This document shows positions 59,166-64,000 of a stretch of DNA of 64,000 bases, piece after piece. The notes under the pieces are model-generated. The model had not been told where the DNA came from, ran no database searches, and saw only the letters and a list, made by a program, of their open reading frames with translations. A program made the position numbers and the translations under genes. Position 1 is the stretch's first letter, and each line of letters starts with the position of its first letter. The DNA comes from a virus: IMG/VR virus record IMGVR_UViG_3300024358_000010, one strand, 5' to 3'.

Positions 59166-60128
59166 TTAAAAGTCCGCGTTGAGACTGAGTTCTGAACTCT
59201 CGGAGAGCGAGTACTCAGACACCCTCTTCTCAAAGAAGTTGACTTTGGTCTCCATATCATTCATGCGCATGAAATCAAACGGATTTTCTACGCCATAAAT
59301 CGCAGCAAAACCAAAGCGCCTAGATACGAGATCTGCGACATACTCGATATACTGGCACATCAGATCCGCGTTCATGCCTATCAGGCCGACGGGAAGAGCT
59401 TCGCGCACAAACTCTTTCTCAATCTCTACCGCGTCCATCATGATGTCCCCAAAGTCCTTTGGGGAAATCTTTAGGCCGAGAGTGTGGTACAAAAGCACCG
59501 CGAATTCCCAGTGCATCCCCTCGTCCCTCGAGATCCAGTTGTTGGCGGTTGCAAGCCCAGGCAAAAGCCCCCTCTTCCTGAACCAGAAGATAGCGCAGAA
59601 ACTGCCGCTGAAGAAGACGCCCTCGACCACGGCGAAAGCAACCAAGCGCTTGACAAACTCATCTTGCGAATCGATCCAGCGAAGCGCCCACTCTGCCTTT
59701 TTCTTTACCGCGGGTACGGACTCTATGGCATTGAATAGTCTTTGCTTCTCGATCTGGTCTTTAACGTACGTGTCGATAAGTAGAGAGTACATCCAGGCGT
59801 GGACTGCCTCGCGCTGAATCTGGTCGGCGTAGAACGCCCTCGCCTCTGGGATGTCGACCTCGTTATAGAACCGCACGGCGAGGTTTTCGTTTACTATACC
59901 GTCGGACTGCGCAAAGAAAGCTAGAACATGCGTGATGTAGTGGATCTCATCTTTACTCAACGATTTGAGCTGGGACAGATCTTGCGAAAGGTCTACATCC
60001 TTGATGGTCCAGAACGACTTATGGTGCGTCTCAAACGCGTCCCAGAGTCCTTTGTACCGTATCGGGAATATGGAATATTTGTTGTTAGATACTGAAATAC
60101 CGCTCATCGGGTTTCGGGCCTCGCTCAT
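59166..60128 (-). CDS. nrdB: Ribonucleotide reductase class Ia beta subunit
   Basis: FFAQSDGIVNEN, EAVHAWMY, EGVFFSGSF, DEGMH, NFFEKRVSEY. Confidence 0.97.
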   Translation of the reverse strand: MSEARNPMSGISVSNNKYSIFPIRYKGLWDAFETHHKSFWTIKDVDLSQDLSQLKSLSKDEIHYITHVLAFFAQSDGIVNENLAVRFYNEVDIPEARAFYADQIQREAVHAWMYSLLIDTYVKDQIEKQRLFNAIESVPAVKKKAEWALRWIDSQDEFVKRLVAFAVVEGVFFSGSFCAIFWFRKRGLLPGLATANNWISRDEGMHWEFAVLLYHTLGLKISPKDFGDIMMDAVEIEKEFVREALPVGLIGMNADLMCQYIEYVADLVSRRFGFAAIYGVENPFDFMRMNDMETKVNFFEKRVSEYSLSESSELSLNADF

Positions 60129-60348
60129 CTATTGCCATCTTGTTCCAGTTGCAGACGTCTTCTTGCTTGATGTGGATGTGTTGACTTACACCCATCGGCC
60201 ACGGTTTGTGGCAATGACCAATGTTCCACCAGGATACGTAAAGTTTATAGCGACCGTCCTCATCCGGAGTTGTCTTTCCGTGAACAACTTCGAACGCGAC
60301 ATCCCTGTTGTTATTGTGCCTGTACAGACAGTCCTCTTCCCACCGCAT
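60085..60348 (-). CDS. Hypothetical protein between nrdA and nrdB
   Basis: GAGGT RBS; 87 aa. Confidence 0.6.
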   Translation of the reverse strand: MRWEEDCLYRHNNNRDVAFEVVHGKTTPDEDGRYKLYVSWWNIGHCHKPWPMGVSQHIHIKQEDVCNWNKMAIDERGPKPDERYFSI

Positions 60349-60357
60349 ATTGTTACC

Positions 60358-62700
60358 TCACGAGCTGCAGACTACGCAGTCTTCTGGATTATCAATTGAA
60401 CATGCCGTGACGTCGTTTGCTTTCTGCTCTTGGACCGTAACCTTCACGGACTCTTTAGCTGCCTTGGTGCGCAGATAATACATCCCAGTCTTCAGACCTT
60501 TCTTCCACGCGTAGAGATGCAGCGAAGCGATCTGGTCTAGCGTGGGGTTGGCCATGTGGATGTTCATACTTTGACTCTGGCAGATAAATACTCCGCGGTC
60601 GGCGGCCATGTCTATCACGACCTTTTGGGATGTTTCCCACACGGTCTTGTAGATCTTCCTGACGTCCTCTGGTATCTCTTCTATACCCTGGACTGATCCG
60701 TTGCTGGAGATGATCTTGTCGACCATCTTGCGGTTCCACAGACCTAGTTCCTGCATATGCTTGACGAGGTGCTTGTTGACGACGACAAATTCGCCAGCGA
60801 GCGTTTCGCGCTTATAGAGATTGCTGGTGTGAATCTCAAACGCCTCATAGTTATCAAAGATCTGCGACGTCGAAGCGGTTGGCATTGGTGCTAGGAGAAG
60901 AGAGTTTCTTGCACCGTGCTTCTTAAGTTTCTCGCGAACAGTTTTCCAATGCTCTTCCCAAGTCAGTGGACCTTTATATCCCCACAGGTCGAACTGCAAA
61001 AGTCCTCGTGACAAAGGGCTGCCATCGTATGACTCATATGCACCATATTTTTCAGCTAGATCGATAGATGCCTGCATAGAACCCAAATAGATAGTCTCGA
61101 ACATTGACCGATTTAGCTCGCGAGCCTCAGGCGAGTCATAGGGAATACGCAGCATCATGAAGGCGTCTGCTAGACCTTGCACGCCGATCCCGATAGGGCG
61201 ATGCTTCTCGTTAGAGTTCTCAGTCGCTGGTGTGGGGTAATAGTTCTTGTCGATAACGCGGTTGAGGTTTACTGTGGCATCGTATGCAACTTGGCGAAGG
61301 TGTTCGACATCAATGCCGCCGTTCTTGACGAATTTAGGAAGACAGATCGAGGCTAGGTTGCACACAGCGGTCTCTTCAGCAGAAGAGTACTCGATGATCT
61401 CAGTGCAGAGGTTTGAGGATTTGATGGTGCCGAGATTTTGCTGATTAGACTTCTTATTCGCCGCGTCCTTGTACAGCATGTACGGTGTCCCAGTCTCCTT
61501 CTGGGACATCGCTATCCGGCGCATTAACTCAGAAGCCTTGACAGTTTTGCGGCCTCGACCTTCTTGCTCGTATTTTGTGTACAGCTTCTCAAACTCTTCG
61601 CCCCAGACCTCGTGTAGATCTGGCGCTTCATCAGGCGAGAATAGCGTCCAATCCTCGTTGTTTTCTAGGCGCTTCATGAATAGATCTGGGATCCACATCG
61701 CTGGGAAAAGATCATGGCATCTTCTCTCGTCGTCGCCGGTGGTCTTGCGGATATCGATGAAGTCCTCGATGTCGGCGTGCCAAGGCTCAAGATAAATTGC
61801 AGCTGAGCCTCGACGCTTTCCGCCCTGGTTCACGTATCGGAACGTCGCGTTGACGTGGCGGAGCATCGGGATTAGTCCATCGCCAAAGCGCTGGCTAGAA
61901 TTAATCACTGCGCCATCTGCGCGGACATTGTGAACCCACATCCCGACGCCACCGCTGTTCTTACTGATGAGTGCGCACTCCTTATCGGTGTCGTAGATGC
62001 CTTCGAGTGAGTCATCTTTCATGGCAATGAGGAAGCACGATGACATCTGCGGTCTAGCTGTTCCGGCGTTGAACAAGGTTGGCGTTGCGTGCGTGTAGTA
62101 TCCCAAAGACAAATAGTCATAAAGCTTTTTGACCTCGTTGAGGTCGACGCCGCAGATTGACACTGCTACACGCAGAAATAGAGTCTGTGGGCGTTCTAAG
62201 ACTTTTCTCTCAGCAGACCAGGATCCATCTGCTAGCTTCTTTCTCTTAGATTTGTCGATTATTCCCAGTAAATATCTGGATTCAAGAGTTTTAAAACCAA
62301 AATACGAAAATGTGAAATCCCGATCATAATCGATCACAGATCGAAGATCATCGCCCAAAGACTCTACGGTTTCCATAAAGTCGTCAGATAAAACGCCTAC
62401 AGAATAGAGATCTTTCCAAGCCTGAATGAAATCATCAGGAGTTTCTTTGTGCAGAGCTGAGGCAGCAATAGCTGAAGCTAATTTGTCATAATCTGGGTGC
62501 TCTGGTGCTAAAGATGCTGCTGTTTCAATTAGTAACCTATCTGTTTCGCGCGTAGTCACATTGTCATACAACCCCGCAACTACTTTTTGAGCGATCAAAA
62601 CCGGTTCGACCTGCAAACCTTTCGCGTGATTCCTTACCCGATTTAGTATTTTGTCGAATGAAACTTCTTCTGTGCTTCCGTTCCGCTTTACTACGCGCAT
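60358..62700 (-). CDS. nrdA: Ribonucleotide reductase class Ia alpha subunit with ATP cone
   Basis: Start MRVVKRNG (AGGA RBS); SSCF, SNLCTEI, CNLAS, PTAS, MYYLR, C-terminal CxxC. Confidence 0.97.
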   Translation of the reverse strand: MRVVKRNGSTEEVSFDKILNRVRNHAKGLQVEPVLIAQKVVAGLYDNVTTRETDRLLIETAASLAPEHPDYDKLASAIAASALHKETPDDFIQAWKDLYSVGVLSDDFMETVESLGDDLRSVIDYDRDFTFSYFGFKTLESRYLLGIIDKSKRKKLADGSWSAERKVLERPQTLFLRVAVSICGVDLNEVKKLYDYLSLGYYTHATPTLFNAGTARPQMSSCFLIAMKDDSLEGIYDTDKECALISKNSGGVGMWVHNVRADGAVINSSQRFGDGLIPMLRHVNATFRYVNQGGKRRGSAAIYLEPWHADIEDFIDIRKTTGDDERRCHDLFPAMWIPDLFMKRLENNEDWTLFSPDEAPDLHEVWGEEFEKLYTKYEQEGRGRKTVKASELMRRIAMSQKETGTPYMLYKDAANKKSNQQNLGTIKSSNLCTEIIEYSSAEETAVCNLASICLPKFVKNGGIDVEHLRQVAYDATVNLNRVIDKNYYPTPATENSNEKHRPIGIGVQGLADAFMMLRIPYDSPEARELNRSMFETIYLGSMQASIDLAEKYGAYESYDGSPLSRGLLQFDLWGYKGPLTWEEHWKTVREKLKKHGARNSLLLAPMPTASTSQIFDNYEAFEIHTSNLYKRETLAGEFVVVNKHLVKHMQELGLWNRKMVDKIISSNGSVQGIEEIPEDVRKIYKTVWETSQKVVIDMAADRGVFICQSQSMNIHMANPTLDQIASLHLYAWKKGLKTGMYYLRTKAAKESVKVTVQEQKANDVTACSIDNPEDCVVCSS

Positions 62701-62858
62701 TAATCCTGCTCCGGATAGATATTTAATCAACAATATTAAAAATATACACTGCACAGCGCAGCAATCAAACAGACAAGTATATAATACCCTGCCGCACCGC
62801 CGAGGCAGTATATAAATCCGAATGTATAAATATCACAAATCGCAATGAAAGGATTGTT

Positions 62859-63221
62859 ATGTCGATTACGGATCAAAAGCAAGATGAGGTTCAATTTACG
62901 CCGTTAACAGATCTTTGCATTGACGGCGATGACTGCAAAAACATTAAAGATTTTTATACGCATTTTGGAATTGATATGGAGGCTGCTCTTAAAGAATCTA
63001 TTGCCGCTTTCGAAGATGCAGTTAAAGAGCATGCTCCGAAAGAAAAACTCATCGAACTTCAAAACAATTTAAGAGTTCAACTCTGCGTGTCCGTGTGCAG
63101 CTCCGAGCATCCTCTCTTCAAAGACCAACTATTCACTGAGGTGCGCGACAACGCGAAGCAGGTCGCGTTTCTATCAAATTTCAACAAACAACTAGAAGAA
63201 TTAGTCACCGAAAACGATTAA
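62859..63221 (+). CDS. Hypothetical acidic helical protein
   Basis: AAGGA RBS; TCCGAA motif upstream. Confidence 0.65.
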   Translation: MSITDQKQDEVQFTPLTDLCIDGDDCKNIKDFYTHFGIDMEAALKESIAAFEDAVKEHAPKEKLIELQNNLRVQLCVSVCSSEHPLFKDQLFTEVRDNAKQVAFLSNFNKQLEELVTEND

Positions 63222-63715
63222 GATTTTTTGTAAATCTTGTCGTACAGGTCGTGCAGATGCGCCGGTATCATTGATTTATCAACTGCTGCCGGTGCTGCAG
63301 GTGTTGCTACCGGTGCCGGTGTAGCTGAAACTGCCGGTATTGCTGGTGCCGGAGCCGGTTGACTAGGTTTTGCAGATTTAATCTGGGGTGCTTCTTGTTT
63401 CTGTTGTCTTTCGTATTGTTTTGCTGCCGTGCGAACACTTTTAGGTACTTTGTATTGCTTATCGGCATGAGCTATTAAAGCATAGCGTATGTTTTGCTCA
63501 GCGTGCTTGGTGAAATCACCGAATTCTGGTTTGTAGGTGTGTATCGCTCTTAAAAGAGCCTGTTGACCAATATTATGCCATTCGCTTGGATTTTTGGTTG
63601 CGTCAGGTGGTAGTTTACCGGTTTTTAAGAGACCATTGTAATGTTTATTGACGTAAGGAGCATACGTCATGTAAACATAAGACAAAAGATCATCTGGATC
63701 GTCTATTTTAGCCAT
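63218..63715 (-). CDS. Sigma-70 region-2-like protein with Pro/Ala-rich tail (165 aa)
   Basis: Start MAKIDD (GGAGG RBS); IGQQALLRAIHTYKPEFGDFTKHAEQNIRYAL resembles sigma regions 2.2-2.4. Confidence 0.55.
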   Translation of the reverse strand: MAKIDDPDDLLSYVYMTYAPYVNKHYNGLLKTGKLPPDATKNPSEWHNIGQQALLRAIHTYKPEFGDFTKHAEQNIRYALIAHADKQYKVPKSVRTAAKQYERQQKQEAPQIKSAKPSQPAPAPAIPAVSATPAPVATPAAPAAVDKSMIPAHLHDLYDKIYKKS

Positions 63716-63758
63716 AAAATCCTCCACTAGTATTATATACCAAAACGCAGGAGAAGTC

Positions 63759-64000
63759 ATGATAACTAAGCCCATGCTTGCTGTGGCCGCAGAGGATCTA
63801 GAAAAGATAGTATTTCCAGTGCTTTGCTCTCCAAAGCTTGACGGCATAAGGGCGCTGAAGGTCAACGGCAAACTGCTCAGCAGATCGTTTAAGCCGATAC
63901 CCAACGACTTCATCAGAACCGTGGTCGAGCATGTTCTGCCAGATGGAGTTGACGGCGAGCTGCTGGTTGGTCATACTTTTCATGAATCTTCTTCAGGTGT
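63759..64000 (+). CDS. ATP-dependent DNA ligase (partial, runs off the window end)
   Basis: Own translation MITKPMLA...SPKLDGIRA...LSRSFKPIPN...VDGEL: motifs I (KxDGxR) and III; AGGAG RBS. Confidence 0.92.
   Translation, partial: MITKPMLAVAAEDLEKIVFPVLCSPKLDGIRALKVNGKLLSRSFKPIPNDFIRTVVEHVLPDGVDGELLVGHTFHESSSG

Noticed and set aside
59166-62754. Intron or intein in nrdA/nrdB, and the 62754 start for nrdA
   Set aside because: Both genes are continuous and of normal length. The intervening 87-aa ORF shows no homing-nuclease motif. The RBS and ATP-cone start support ATG 62700.
63716-63913. N-terminal 66 aa of the 231-aa track ORF
   Set aside because: It overlaps the ligase gene on the opposite strand, and a GGAGG RBS supports the start at 63715.
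1-64000. tRNA genes, a diversity-generating retroelement, or stop-codon reassignment
   Set aside because: No cloverleaf was noticed by eye (tRNAscan not run) and no reverse transcriptase or TR/VR pair was seen. Long genes are intact in the standard code, with TAA, TAG and TGA all used as stops.

Overview
This window is a 64 kb segment of a large lytic myovirus-type (contractile-tailed) phage genome. The host is probably Gram-negative, inferred from encoded lipoproteins and OMP-like proteins. (1) Positions 1-33.6 kb (minus strand) are the late virion module: neck proteins, a NUDIX-domain protein, tail sheath, three tail-tube paralogues, a tail chaperone pair joined by a -1 frameshift, tape measure, hub, spike, a 2438-aa baseplate-J-like protein and large fibre proteins. 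(2) Positions 33.6-35.8 kb hold an endolysin, an HNH nuclease, a G-tract cluster and a ~120 bp almost pure A/T tract, a possible genome end or origin. (3) Positions 35.8-58.8 kb (plus strand) are an early/host-takeover region of small genes. Its first 6 kb is built from repeated cassettes: a GC-rich hairpin with a conserved A(N)GGA loop (a CsrA/RsmA-type site), a CCGA-N13-TATAA motif, a GGAGG RBS and an ORF, plus an orientation-independent 12-mer (CGACACTGCTAC) upstream of several of them. The region also encodes a four-member paralogue family, many unannotated 35-60 aa microproteins with a shared helical motif, a DOPA 4,5-dioxygenase, PhoH, a metzincin lipoprotein and OMP-like proteins. (4) Positions 58.9-64 kb carry class Ia nrdB/nrdA, a protein resembling sigma region 2 alone and the start of an ATP-dependent DNA ligase. 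All calls come from reading motifs and synteny by eye; no database search was run.
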